In this document: piece by piece, positions 26,261 through 35,580 of the stretch | Numbering within the stretch: the first letter of the stretch is position 1 | How the letters are laid out: every line of letters starts with the position of its first letter | Assembly: GCA_937863185.1 (NCBI GenBank) | Contig: CALMEG010000148.1 | Coordinates: 1 to 42,797, forward strand | Source: an uncultured Rhodobacteraceae bacterium | Lineage (GTDB): Bacteria > Pseudomonadota > Alphaproteobacteria > Rhodobacterales > Rhodobacteraceae | Reading direction: 5' to 3' | DNA length: 42,797 nucleotides | Translations under genes and position numbers: made by a program | Notes under the pieces: generated by a model | The model's database searches: none | What the model saw: only the letters and a program-made list of their open reading frames with translations | Told to the model about the DNA's origin: nothing

Positions 26261-27271
26261 ATGTCAATCACCTTCAAGGCGCTCAGGGGCGCCGCTGTTG
26301 CCGCACTTCTGCTCACCACGGCGCTGTCGGCTCAGGCAAAGGATTTTCGCGTGGCCGTCGGGGACGGTGCGGGCGGCACGCAAGAGGCGCTTGGCCTTGC
26401 CTTCGTCAAGGCGCTGTCAGAGAAGACCGGCGGCGCGCATAGCGCGCAGCTGTTCCTGAACGGCCAGCTTGGCGACGAGCAGGACACCGTGACCGCCGCC
26501 GCAACCGGCACGCTCGATTTCTCGATCCTTGCGATCAACAACATCACGCCGTTCTCGCCTTCGGTGGGCACGCTGACGCTTCCCTATGTCATCCTGTCGC
26601 TGGAAGATGCCGAGGCAATCACGCAGGGCGAGATCGGCCAGCAGATGGTCGAGCGGACGATCGAGGATGCGGGCGTGCGCATCATCGGTTGGGCCTATTC
26701 CGGGTTCCGGGTCCTGACGAACTCGAAGCACCCCGTCACCACGGTGGCCGACCTGCAAGACCTCGTGATCCGCGTTCCCAAGAACGAGATCATGATCGAG
26801 ACCTACAAGTCCTGGGGCGTGAACCCGACCCCGATGGCCTGGGGCGAAACTTTCGCCGCGCTTCAGCAGAAGGTCGTGGACGGTCAGGACAACCCCTACA
26901 TGACCGTCTATGCGATGAAGTTCGACGAGGTGCAGAAATATGTCACCAACATCCGCTACATCTTCTCGATCGAACCGCTGATCGTTTCGGAAAGCCTGTT
27001 CCAGTCGCTTTCGGCGGACGAGCAGCAGCAGGTTCTGGATGCCGGCAAAGAGGCCACGCTGGCCTCGGGCGCTTTCCTGCGGGCCGAGGAAACCAAGATC
27101 CGGGAAGAGCTGACCGCGCGCGGGATGGAAATCTCGGACCCGGCCGATGGCGAGCAGGAATTCATCGACCTGGCGACCGCGACGGTCTGGCCGAAATTCT
27201 ATGACTCCATCGGCGGCAAGGAGGTTCTCAACAGCGTCCTGGGCGCGCTTGGCCGCGACACGGTCGAGTGA
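26261..27271 (+). CDS. tauK: TRAP transporter substrate-binding protein (DctP family), TauK-like
   Basis: Signal peptide ...LLLTTALSAQA, DctP-family core including SGFRVLTN, RBS GGGAGAG. Confidence 0.8.
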   Translation: MSITFKALRGAAVAALLLTTALSAQAKDFRVAVGDGAGGTQEALGLAFVKALSEKTGGAHSAQLFLNGQLGDEQDTVTAAATGTLDFSILAINNITPFSPSVGTLTLPYVILSLEDAEAITQGEIGQQMVERTIEDAGVRIIGWAYSGFRVLTNSKHPVTTVADLQDLVIRVPKNEIMIETYKSWGVNPTPMAWGETFAALQQKVVDGQDNPYMTVYAMKFDEVQKYVTNIRYIFSIEPLIVSESLFQSLSADEQQQVLDAGKEATLASGAFLRAEETKIREELTARGMEISDPADGEQEFIDLATATVWPKFYDSIGGKEVLNSVLGALGRDTVE

Positions 27272-27278
27272 CCCGCGC

Positions 27279-27300
27279 GGGGCCGGCGCGGGCCGGCCCC
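27279..27300 (+). other. GC-only stem-loop between tauK and tauL
   Basis: GGGGCCGGC (27279-27287), loop GCGG, GCCGGCCCC (27292-27300): a 9-bp perfect stem with no T-tract. Confidence 0.5.
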
Positions 27301-27330
27301 GACCCGAAACCTTACCCGACAGGTTCCAAA

Positions 27331-27864
27331 ATGTCTTCGTTCCGGCGTCATCTCGACAAGCTGGAAAGCTATGTCTGTCAGATACTTCTGGCCGTTTTCG
27401 TCTGCCTTCTCTTTGCGCAGATCGTGTCGCGGCAGGTGTTTGGCACTTCGATCACCTGGATCGAAGAGCTTTCGGTCATCCTGTTCGTCTGGTTTGCCTA
27501 TTTCGGGGCCAGCTACGCGGCGCGCATGGCGGCACATAACCGCATCTCGTTCCACCTCAATGCGCTGGACCGCCGCCGCGCGCGGCTGATCGAGGCGCTG
27601 GGCGATCTGATCTGGATCGGCTTCAACCTCGTGTTCATCTGGCAGTCGATCAGCTTCATCTCGATGCTCAAGCCCTTCGTGAAGGCGCAGACGCTGGGCT
27701 GGCAGATGCGCTGGGTCTATCTGGTGCTGCCGGTCGCCTTCACGCTGATGACGATCCGCATCCTCCAGGTCAATTACATGAAGCTCGTGCTCGGGCGTGA
27801 CCCGCGCGATCCCGACAAGGTCGAGGTCGAAGGCATCGACGACATCCCCGGAGGGCGCGCGTGA
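27331..27864 (+). CDS. tauL: TRAP transporter small permease (DctQ family), TauL-like
   Basis: 177 aa from MSSFRRHLDKLESY with four hydrophobic segments. The upstream ORF-track extension overlaps the hairpin and looks non-coding. Confidence 0.8.
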   Translation: MSSFRRHLDKLESYVCQILLAVFVCLLFAQIVSRQVFGTSITWIEELSVILFVWFAYFGASYAARMAAHNRISFHLNALDRRRARLIEALGDLIWIGFNLVFIWQSISFISMLKPFVKAQTLGWQMRWVYLVLPVAFTLMTIRILQVNYMKLVLGRDPRDPDKVEVEGIDDIPGGRA

Positions 27865-29204
27865 TGGACAGCTATCTGGTGGAAATCCTGTTCGGAACCT
27901 TCGTGTTCCTGATGGTCCTGGGGGCGCCGATCACCGTGGCGCTGGGCGTCTCGGCGCTGGCCTCGATGTGGTATCTGGGCGACAACCCGATCAAGATGGT
28001 GCAGATGGCCTGGTCCTCGGTGGGGTCTTTCCCGCTGATGGCGCTGCCCTCGTTCATCCTTGCCGGCGCGCTGATGGAGGCCGCGGGCCTGTCGCGGCGG
28101 CTGATCGCGGTGGCCGAAACGCTGGCCGGTCCGTTCACCGGGGGGATCTCGGCGGCGACGGTGATGGCGTGCCTATTCTTCGGCGCGATCTCGGGCTCGG
28201 GCCCGGCGACGACGGCGGCGGTCGGCATGCTGATGATCCCGGCGATGGCGCGGGCGGGCTATGCGCGGGGCTATGCGGCCTCGGTCACGGCGGCCTCGGG
28301 CGGGCTTGGCATCATCATTCCGCCGTCGATCCCGATGGTCATCTTCGGCATCTCGGCGATGGGGCTTCAGGCGCCCGTCGAAGCGGTCGAGAAATTCGGC
28401 CCGTTCCAGAGCGTGTCGATCTCCAAGCTGTTCCTTGCGGGCTTCTTTCCGGGCTGCCTGATGGCGGGTGTGCTTCTGCTCAACAACTGGGTGCGGTGCC
28501 GTGCCGCCGGCTATCGCGGCTCGTCCGAGCGGCTGTCGCTGCGCAAGATCTTGCAGGCCAGCTACAAGGGCTTCTGGGCGATCATGGCGCCGCTGGTCAT
28601 TCTGGGCGGGATCTATACGGGGATCTTCACCCCGACCGAGGCCGCCATCGTGGCCATCTTCTACACGCTCTTCGTCGGTGTCGTGATCTATCGGGAACTG
28701 AACATCCGCCAGATGATCGCTGCGCTGGAAACCACCACCTGGCTTTCGGGCCGCGTGCTTCTGGTGCTGTTCACCGCAACGATCTTCGGGCGCATCCTGG
28801 TCGAGAACGGCGTACCCGCCGTGCTGGCGCGCGGCATGCTGTCGATGACCGACAGCCTATATGTGATCTGGGTTCTCGTGATCTTCTTCCTGCTGATCGT
28901 GGGCATGTTCATGGAGACGCTGGCCGCGATCATGATCCTTGTGCCGGTCATGCTTCCGGTGGCCTACCAGATGGGGATCGACCCGATCCATTTCGGCATC
29001 GTGATGATCTGCACGCTTTCGATCGGGTTCCAGACCCCGCCCCTGGGCGAAAACCTCTTCATCGCGGCGGGTATCTCGAACGTCTCGATGGAAGAGATTT
29101 CGATGCGGGCGCTGCCCTTCGCCATCACCGGGGCGATCGCGATCTACATCATCGCCTGTTTCCCGCAGATCTCGCTGTGGCTGCCGCGCGCTCTTGGCTA
29201 CTGA
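27861..29204 (+). CDS. tauM: TRAP transporter large permease (DctM family), TauM-like
   Basis: 447-aa polytopic protein with a 4-nt GTGA overlap with tauL. Confidence 0.85.
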   Translation: MMDSYLVEILFGTFVFLMVLGAPITVALGVSALASMWYLGDNPIKMVQMAWSSVGSFPLMALPSFILAGALMEAAGLSRRLIAVAETLAGPFTGGISAATVMACLFFGAISGSGPATTAAVGMLMIPAMARAGYARGYAASVTAASGGLGIIIPPSIPMVIFGISAMGLQAPVEAVEKFGPFQSVSISKLFLAGFFPGCLMAGVLLLNNWVRCRAAGYRGSSERLSLRKILQASYKGFWAIMAPLVILGGIYTGIFTPTEAAIVAIFYTLFVGVVIYRELNIRQMIAALETTTWLSGRVLLVLFTATIFGRILVENGVPAVLARGMLSMTDSLYVIWVLVIFFLLIVGMFMETLAAIMILVPVMLPVAYQMGIDPIHFGIVMICTLSIGFQTPPLGENLFIAAGISNVSMEEISMRALPFAITGAIAIYIIACFPQISLWLPRALGY

Positions 29205-29214
29205 GGAGGATGGA

Positions 29215-29706
29215 ATGATCAAGGAAATCAAGACGATCCTCTACGCGACGGACCTGTCGAACACCTCGGTTTACGCGTTTCGCTATGCCGTCTGCCTGGC
29301 CCGGGCGCTTGATGCGCGGCTGCATATCCTGCACGCGGTCGAGCCGATGAGCCAGGATGCGCGGACTACGCTGCAATTCTTCATCAGCGATCCCAGGCTG
29401 CGCGAAGAGGCCCTGAACCGGCGGTTCGAGAATGCCCGCGATCTGCTGAACGAGCGGCAAGAGGGGTTCTGGGCACAGATGCCCTTGGATGAAAAGGTGC
29501 TGCGCGACCGCGTGGACGAGATCGAGGTAATCGAGGGTTTCGCCGCCGAGGCCATCCTGCGCCGCGCCGAAAGCCTGCCTGCCGACATGATCCTGATGGG
29601 CAGCCATGCCCACGGAATTTCCCACACCTTCCTGGGCACCGTTGCCAAGCGGGTGCTGCGCCGCGCGCGCATCCCCACGCTGATCGTGCCCTATGCCGAA
29701 GATTGA
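29215..29706 (+). CDS. Universal stress protein (UspA family)
   Basis: 163 aa from MIKEIKTILYATDLS (RBS GAGGAGGA), with the typical Usp C-terminus GSHAHG....LGTVAKRVLRRARIPTLIVP. Confidence 0.8.
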   Translation: MIKEIKTILYATDLSNTSVYAFRYAVCLARALDARLHILHAVEPMSQDARTTLQFFISDPRLREEALNRRFENARDLLNERQEGFWAQMPLDEKVLRDRVDEIEVIEGFAAEAILRRAESLPADMILMGSHAHGISHTFLGTVAKRVLRRARIPTLIVPYAED

Positions 29707-29724
29707 AACCGAAAGGACGACCCG

Positions 29725-30114
29725 ATGACCAAGACCCTGACCGCCGATGACCTGAAGGCCACCTTCGACGCCTTCAACCGCCATGACATCGACGCCGTGA
29801 TGACCCATTTCGCCGAGGAGTGCGTGTTCACCACCGTCGCCGGCCCCGAGGTCCACGGAACGCGCATCGAAGGGCGCGAGGCGATCGCCCGGGCCTTTGC
29901 CGGCGTCTGGGCGGCGATGCCCGATGCCCAATGGGCCGATCACCGGCATTTCGTTCACGGCGACCGCGGCGTCTCGGAATGGACCTTCCGCGGCACCGAT
30001 GCCGAAGGCCGCCGGACCGAGGCGCAGGGCGTCGACCTGTTCACCATCCGCGACGGCAAGCTGGTGATGAAGCAGGCCTTCCGCAAGCAGCGCCCGGTTC
30101 TCGACGCCGAATAG
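29725..30114 (+). CDS. tauX: SnoaL/NTF2-like small protein, taurine dehydrogenase small subunit TauX-like
   Basis: 129 aa with an NTF2-like pattern (FDAFNRHDIDAVMTHFAEECVF ...). It lies directly upstream of the FAD oxidoreductase and xsc. Confidence 0.65.
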   Translation: MTKTLTADDLKATFDAFNRHDIDAVMTHFAEECVFTTVAGPEVHGTRIEGREAIARAFAGVWAAMPDAQWADHRHFVHGDRGVSEWTFRGTDAEGRRTEAQGVDLFTIRDGKLVMKQAFRKQRPVLDAE

Positions 30115-30148
30115 TTTTCCCCGCACTCCACCGAAGAAAGTCACGGCC

Positions 30149-31546
30149 ATGACAGCCTCGACCGCACGGCGCCCGGTTGCGCCCTACAACCCGAAATACG
30201 ACCCGATGACCGATGCAAGGATCGGCCGGGGCAGCGAATACGCGCCGACCTACTGGATCGGCACGGCGGGCGCGCCGCCCGAAGACGACGGCCCCGTCCA
30301 GGCCGACATGGACGTGGATGTCGTGGTCATCGGCTCGGGCTATACCGGCCTTTCCTGCGCGCTGCACCTTGCCAAGGAATTCGGCATCAAGGCGCATGTG
30401 CTGGAGGCCAATGGCGTGGCCTATGGCTGCTCGACCCGCAATGGCGGGCAGGCGCAGATCTCGTCGGGGCGGCTCAAGCGCTCGCAATGGATCGAGCGTT
30501 GGGGTCTGGATGTCGCCAAGGGGCTGCATGCCGAGGTTGTCGAGGCGTTCGAGCTGTTCCGCGGGCTGATCCGGGACCATGCCATCGACTGTGCGCCGCA
30601 GGATGGCGGCCATTATTACATCGCGCACAAGGGCTGGATGATGCCCAGGCTTGCGAAGGAGGCCGCGCTGCTGCGCGACACCTTCGGGTATGGCGCGCGC
30701 ATGCTGAGCCGGGACGAGCTGCACCAGACCGCGGTGCGCGACATGGAAGCCCATGGCGCGATGTGGGAACCCGACGGCACCGCCATCCATGCCGCGAAGC
30801 TGGCTTTCGGCTATATGCGGGCGGCGCGCGAACTGGGCGCACGCATCCATGTCGACAGCCCCGTCGAGGCCTGGGAAACGAAGGACGGCGTGCATCATCT
30901 GCGCACGCCGGGCGGGACCGTGCGCGCCCGCGCGGTCGCGGTGGCGACGGCGGGTTATGCACCGCGCAGCCTGCATCCGCGCCTGCGTGACAGGATCATG
31001 CCGATCATGTCGAACTCGATCACCACGCGGGTGCTGAGCGCGGCCGAGCTGGAGGCCTGCGGCTTCCGGGTGCACTCGCCTCTGACCGATACGCGCACGC
31101 TGCGCCACTATTACCGCCTGCTGCCCGACAACCGGGTTCAGATCGGCTCGCGCGCGGCGATCACGGGGCGCGATGCGGACAACCCCGCCCATCTGGCCGG
31201 CCTGCGCGAGGGGCTTGCGCGCAAGTTCCCCGCCCTGCGCGGCATCCCGCTGGATTACAGCTGGTGGGGCTGGGTCGATGTCAGCCATGACATGATGCCC
31301 CGCATCACCGCCATGCCGGGCCTGCCCAACGCCTATTACGCGCTTGGCTATGGCGGCAACGGGGTGATGTATTCGGCGCAGGCCGGCCGGCGCATGGCGC
31401 AGATGGTCGCCGGGCGCGACGGCGATGTGCCGAACCTTCCGATCTTCCGCAACGAGCTTCCCCACGAGGGCTGGAAGACGCCGTTCCGGCGGCTTGGGCA
31501 ATGGGGCCTCTACAAGCTTTACCACTATCAGGACGAACGCGGCTGA
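30149..31546 (+). CDS. tauY: FAD-dependent oxidoreductase (DAO family), taurine dehydrogenase large subunit TauY-like
   Basis: Dinucleotide fold VVVIGSGYTGLSCALHLA. It is 465 aa, positioned between tauX and xsc. Confidence 0.75.
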   Translation: MTASTARRPVAPYNPKYDPMTDARIGRGSEYAPTYWIGTAGAPPEDDGPVQADMDVDVVVIGSGYTGLSCALHLAKEFGIKAHVLEANGVAYGCSTRNGGQAQISSGRLKRSQWIERWGLDVAKGLHAEVVEAFELFRGLIRDHAIDCAPQDGGHYYIAHKGWMMPRLAKEAALLRDTFGYGARMLSRDELHQTAVRDMEAHGAMWEPDGTAIHAAKLAFGYMRAARELGARIHVDSPVEAWETKDGVHHLRTPGGTVRARAVAVATAGYAPRSLHPRLRDRIMPIMSNSITTRVLSAAELEACGFRVHSPLTDTRTLRHYYRLLPDNRVQIGSRAAITGRDADNPAHLAGLREGLARKFPALRGIPLDYSWWGWVDVSHDMMPRITAMPGLPNAYYALGYGGNGVMYSAQAGRRMAQMVAGRDGDVPNLPIFRNELPHEGWKTPFRRLGQWGLYKLYHYQDERG

Positions 31547-31571
31547 CCCCGCGCGAACAGGAGAGAAGACC

Positions 31572-33353
31572 ATGAAAATGACGACTGAAGAAGCCTTCGT
31601 GAAGGTGCTCCAGATGCACGGGATCGAACATGCCTTCGGCATTATCGGTTCCGCGATGATGCCGGTTTCGGACCTGTTTCCCAAGGCGGGCATCACTTTC
31701 TGGGATTGCGCCCATGAAACCAATGGCGGCCTGATGTGCGACGGCTATATCCGCGCCACCGGCAAGATGGCCATGGCCATCGCCCAGAACGGCCCCGGCG
31801 TGACGGGCTTCGTCACCGCGGTGAAGACCGCCTACTGGAACCACACGCCGATGCTTCTGGTCACCCCGCAGGCGGCCAACAAGACGATCGGGCAGGGCGG
31901 CTTTCAGGAGATGGAGCAGATGCGCCTGTTCACCGACAGCGTCTGCTATCAGGAAGAGGTGCGCGACGCCTCGCGCATCCCCGAGGTGCTGAACCGCGTG
32001 ATCCTGAAGGCCCGCCGCGGCTCGGCCCCCGCGCAGATCAACATCCCGCGCGACATGTGGACCCAGGTGATCGACGTGGACCTGCCCCAGATCGTGACCT
32101 TCGAGCGCCCCGCGGGCGGCGAAGAGGCCGTGGCCGAGGCCGCGCGTCTTCTGTCCGGGGCGCGTTTCCCGGTGAGCCTGTCGGGCGCGGGCGTGGTGCT
32201 TTCTGGGGCGATCGCGGATCTTGCGAAGCTGGCCGAACGGCTGGATGCGCCGGTCTGCTCGAACTACCAGCACAATGACAGCTTTCCCGGCTCGCATCCG
32301 CTGGCGGTGGGGCCGCTTGGCTACAATGGCTCCAAGGCGGCGATGGAACTGATCGCCAGGGCCGATGTCGTGCTGGCGCTTGGCACGCGGCTCAATCCGT
32401 TCTCGACCCTGCCGGGCTATGGCATCGACTACTGGCCCAAGGAGGCGAAGATCATCCAGGTCGACATCAACGCCGACCGCATCGGCCTGACGAAGAAGGT
32501 CAGCGTCGGGATCGAGGGCGACGCGGGCAAGGTGGCGCGCGGAATCCTTGCGCAGCTTTCGGGCACCGCGGGCGACGAGGGCCGCAAGGCGCGCCGCGAG
32601 ATGATCGCGCAGACCAAATCGCGTTGGGCGCAGGAGCTCAGCTCGCTCGATCACGAAGAGGACGATCCCGGCACCGTCTGGAACGAAGAGGCGCGCAGCC
32701 GCGACGCGGACCTGATGTCGCCCCGGCAGGCATGGCGCGCGATTCAGGCCGCGATGCCCGACGATGCGATCATCTCGTCCGATATTGGCAACAACTGCGC
32801 GATCGGCAACGCCTATCCGGCCTTCGAGAAGGGCCGCAAATACCTGGCCCCCGGCCTGTTCGGGCCCTGTGGCTACGGCTTCCCCGCGATCCTTGGCGCG
32901 AAGATCGGCCAGCCTGACACTCCGGTGATCGGATTTGCCGGCGACGGGGCCTTCGGGATCTCGATGAACGAGATGACGGCCTGCGGCCGCGACGACTGGC
33001 CCGCGATCACCATGGTGATCTTCCGCAACTACCAGTGGGGCGCGGAAAAGCGCAACACCACCTTGTGGTATGCGAACAACTTCGTGGGAACCGAACTGGA
33101 CCGTGACACGAGCTATGCCGGCATCGCGCGGGCCTGCGGCGCGCACGGGGTTCAGGTGCGCTCGGCCCAGGATCTGACCGAAGAGCTGCGCAAGGCGGTG
33201 GAGCGGCAGATGAAGAACCGGGAAACCACCTTCATCGAGGTGCTTCTCAACCAGGAACTGGGCGAGCCCTTCCGCCGCGACGCGATGAAGAAACCGGTCG
33301 TGGTGGCCGGGATCGACCCGAAGGACATGCGCCCGCAGGCCGGCGCCGTCTGA
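31572..33353 (+). CDS. xsc: Sulfoacetaldehyde acetyltransferase (ThDP-dependent)
   Basis: 593 aa from MKMTTEEAFVKVLQMHG (RBS AGGAGAG). It has acetolactate-synthase-like three-domain architecture with the ThDP motif GDGAFGISMNE...N. It is followed by tauZ and pta. Confidence 0.85.
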   Translation: MKMTTEEAFVKVLQMHGIEHAFGIIGSAMMPVSDLFPKAGITFWDCAHETNGGLMCDGYIRATGKMAMAIAQNGPGVTGFVTAVKTAYWNHTPMLLVTPQAANKTIGQGGFQEMEQMRLFTDSVCYQEEVRDASRIPEVLNRVILKARRGSAPAQINIPRDMWTQVIDVDLPQIVTFERPAGGEEAVAEAARLLSGARFPVSLSGAGVVLSGAIADLAKLAERLDAPVCSNYQHNDSFPGSHPLAVGPLGYNGSKAAMELIARADVVLALGTRLNPFSTLPGYGIDYWPKEAKIIQVDINADRIGLTKKVSVGIEGDAGKVARGILAQLSGTAGDEGRKARREMIAQTKSRWAQELSSLDHEEDDPGTVWNEEARSRDADLMSPRQAWRAIQAAMPDDAIISSDIGNNCAIGNAYPAFEKGRKYLAPGLFGPCGYGFPAILGAKIGQPDTPVIGFAGDGAFGISMNEMTACGRDDWPAITMVIFRNYQWGAEKRNTTLWYANNFVGTELDRDTSYAGIARACGAHGVQVRSAQDLTEELRKAVERQMKNRETTFIEVLLNQELGEPFRRDAMKKPVVVAGIDPKDMRPQAGAV

Positions 33354-33364
33354 TCCCCGAGCTT

Positions 33365-33392
33365 GCCGGCGGCCGGGTTTCCGGCCGCCGGC
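33365..33392 (+). other. Perfect 12-bp GC-only stem-loop between xsc and tauZ
   Basis: GCCGGCGGCCGG (33365-33376), loop GTTT, CCGGCCGCCGGC (33381-33392). It is not followed by a T-tract. Confidence 0.55.
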
Positions 33393-33423
33393 CTTCCCCG
33401 GCCCTTCTTGCAGGACTTCGCTC

Positions 33424-34434
33424 ATGTTTGCAGCCCTTCCGTCGTCTTATCTGCGCACGCTGTTTCCCGGCTTCATGGTCTCGGTGCTTGTCGCGGCCAC
33501 GGCGCAGTTCCTGTCCGAGCATTACGGCGCGCCCGCGATGCTGATGGCGCTGCTTCTGGGGCTCGCGCTCAACTTTCTGGCCGAAGAGGGCAGCCCGACC
33601 GCGCCGGGGATCGCGGTGACATCGCGCACGGTGCTGCGGCTGGGGGTGGCGCTTCTGGGCGCGCGGATCTCGGTCGACATGCTGGCCGGGCTGGGGGCCG
33701 AGCTGATCGCGCTGGTCATCACCGGCGTGCTGGCGACGATCGCCTTCGGCTTTGTTGCGGCGCGGTTCGTGGGCCGCAGCTGGCGCTTCGCGCTTTTGAC
33801 CGGCGGTTCGGTGGCGATCTGCGGGGCCTCGGCCGCGATGGCGATCGCCGCGATCCTGCCGCGCCACGACAAATCCGAGCGTGACCTGGTTTTCACCGTG
33901 CTGTCGGTCACGGTGCTGTCGACGCTGGCGATGGTGATCTATCCGATGCTGTCCAGCACGCTGGGGTTCGATGCGCGGGGCGGCGGCGTCTTTCTTGGCG
34001 GCACGATCCATGACGTGGCGCAGGTCGTCGGCGCGGGCTTCTCGATCGGGCCCGAGACAGGGGAAACCGCAACGCTGGTCAAGCTGATCCGCGTGGCCAT
34101 GCTGGCGCCTGTCGTGCTGGGTGCATCGCTGGTCATCCGGCTCAGCGGTGCGGGCGGTGTGGCCGAGGGCAGGCGCCCGCCGCTGCTGCCGTCCTTCGTG
34201 GTGGGGTTTCTGGTGCTGGCCGCGGCCAATTCCTTCGGCCTGATCCCCGGCTGGGCGGCCGAGATGGCGGGCGCGGTCTCGCGTTGGGCGCTGCTGATCT
34301 CGATCGCGGCGGTGGGCATCAAGACATCGCTTGGCAAGATGCTGGATGTGGGCGGCGGGGCGATCTGGCTGATCGTCGCCGAGACCGTCTTCATCGGCGG
34401 CTACGTTCTTGCCGGCCTGCATTTTCTGGGATGA
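33424..34434 (+). CDS. tauZ: YeiH/UPF0324-family membrane protein, putative sulfite/sulfate exporter TauZ
   Basis: 336-aa polytopic protein in the conserved position between xsc and pta. Confidence 0.75.
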   Translation: MFAALPSSYLRTLFPGFMVSVLVAATAQFLSEHYGAPAMLMALLLGLALNFLAEEGSPTAPGIAVTSRTVLRLGVALLGARISVDMLAGLGAELIALVITGVLATIAFGFVAARFVGRSWRFALLTGGSVAICGASAAMAIAAILPRHDKSERDLVFTVLSVTVLSTLAMVIYPMLSSTLGFDARGGGVFLGGTIHDVAQVVGAGFSIGPETGETATLVKLIRVAMLAPVVLGASLVIRLSGAGGVAEGRRPPLLPSFVVGFLVLAAANSFGLIPGWAAEMAGAVSRWALLISIAAVGIKTSLGKMLDVGGGAIWLIVAETVFIGGYVLAGLHFLG

Positions 34435-34437
34435 GCC

Positions 34438-35481
34438 ATGAAACCGCTTGATCGCATCTTCGAGACCGCGCGCGCCAATCCGCGCACCATCATCCTGCCC
34501 GAGGGCGAGGATCCCCGCATTCAGGCCGCGGCCCTGCGCGCCACGCGCGAGGGGCTGGCGCGGGTGGTGGTTCTGGGCGACCGCGCGCGGGTCGGGGCCG
34601 GGCTGGCGGGCCTTGGTGCCCGCCCGGACGAGATCGTGCTTGAGGACCCCGCCACGACGCCGGATTTCGACGCGCTCGCCGAGGCCTATCACCGGCTGCG
34701 CGCCCATAGGGGCGTGACGCCGGAGGCGGCCCGCGCGGCGGTGGCGAACCCGATGGTGCATGCCGCGCTGCGCGTGCGGCTGGGCCATGCCGACGGCACC
34801 GTGGGCGGCGCGGTCGCCACCACGGCGGAAACCGTGCGCGTGGCCTTGCAGGTGATCGGCTGCCAGCCGGGCATCAGGACGGTGTCGAGCTTTTTCCTGA
34901 TGCTGGCCTGCGCGCCCGAGGCGAAGATCCGGGGCGGCATGATCTTTTCCGATTGCGGCCTTGTGGTCGAGCCCGACGCCGCCGAACTGGCCGCCATTGC
35001 GCTTGCCTCGGCCGAGACCTGCCGCCAGCTTCTGGCGGCGGAACCAGGCGTCGCGCTTCTGTCCTTTTCGACCGCCGGATCTGCCGAACACGAAAGCCTG
35101 TCGAAAATCCGCGAGGCGCTTGCCATCGTGCGCGCGGCCGATCCCGGCTTGCAGATCGAGGGCGAGATCCAGTTCGACGCCGCGCTCGACGAGACGATCC
35201 GGGCCCGCAAATCCCCCGCAAGCCGGCTGAAAACCACGCCCAACGTGTTTGTCTTCCCCAATCTTGCGGCGGGCAATATCGGCTACAAGATCGCCGAACG
35301 CCTGGGCGGGCTGACGGCCATCGGGCCGATCCTTCAGGGCCTGGCCCTGCCCGCGAACGACCTGTCGCGCGGCTGCTCGGTCGACGACGTGATCGCCACC
35401 ATCGCCGTGACGGCGGCGCAGGCCGCGCGCAACCCCGCCGTGCCCGAGCGCTTCGGCCTTGGCCCCGCGCGCCATTACTGA
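34438..35481 (+). CDS. pta: Phosphate acetyltransferase (PTA_PTB domain only)
   Basis: 347 aa. N-terminus MKPLDRIFETARANPRTIILPEGEDPRI and the C-terminal NVFVFPNLAAGNIGYKI motif are typical of Pta. Confidence 0.85.
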   Translation: MKPLDRIFETARANPRTIILPEGEDPRIQAAALRATREGLARVVVLGDRARVGAGLAGLGARPDEIVLEDPATTPDFDALAEAYHRLRAHRGVTPEAARAAVANPMVHAALRVRLGHADGTVGGAVATTAETVRVALQVIGCQPGIRTVSSFFLMLACAPEAKIRGGMIFSDCGLVVEPDAAELAAIALASAETCRQLLAAEPGVALLSFSTAGSAEHESLSKIREALAIVRAADPGLQIEGEIQFDAALDETIRARKSPASRLKTTPNVFVFPNLAAGNIGYKIAERLGGLTAIGPILQGLALPANDLSRGCSVDDVIATIAVTAAQAARNPAVPERFGLGPARHY

Positions 35482-35580
35482 CGGGTGCGCGGGGTGGCCC
35501 TGTTCATCCGTGCAATCCTGCGCTAACTAACGCCAAAGCCGGGCGCGGCCCGGAGGATCAGCCACAGACGGATGACAGCC

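Noticed and set aside
26261-29706. The possibility that the TRAP transporter plus USP module is the ectoine importer UehABC-Usp rather than TauKLM.
   Set aside because: It is co-oriented and contiguous with tauXY-xsc-tauZ-pta, and it is divergent from a second MocR regulator with TauR-like repeats. The ectoine island already has its own ehuABCD importer. Ligand specificity still needs experimental confirmation.
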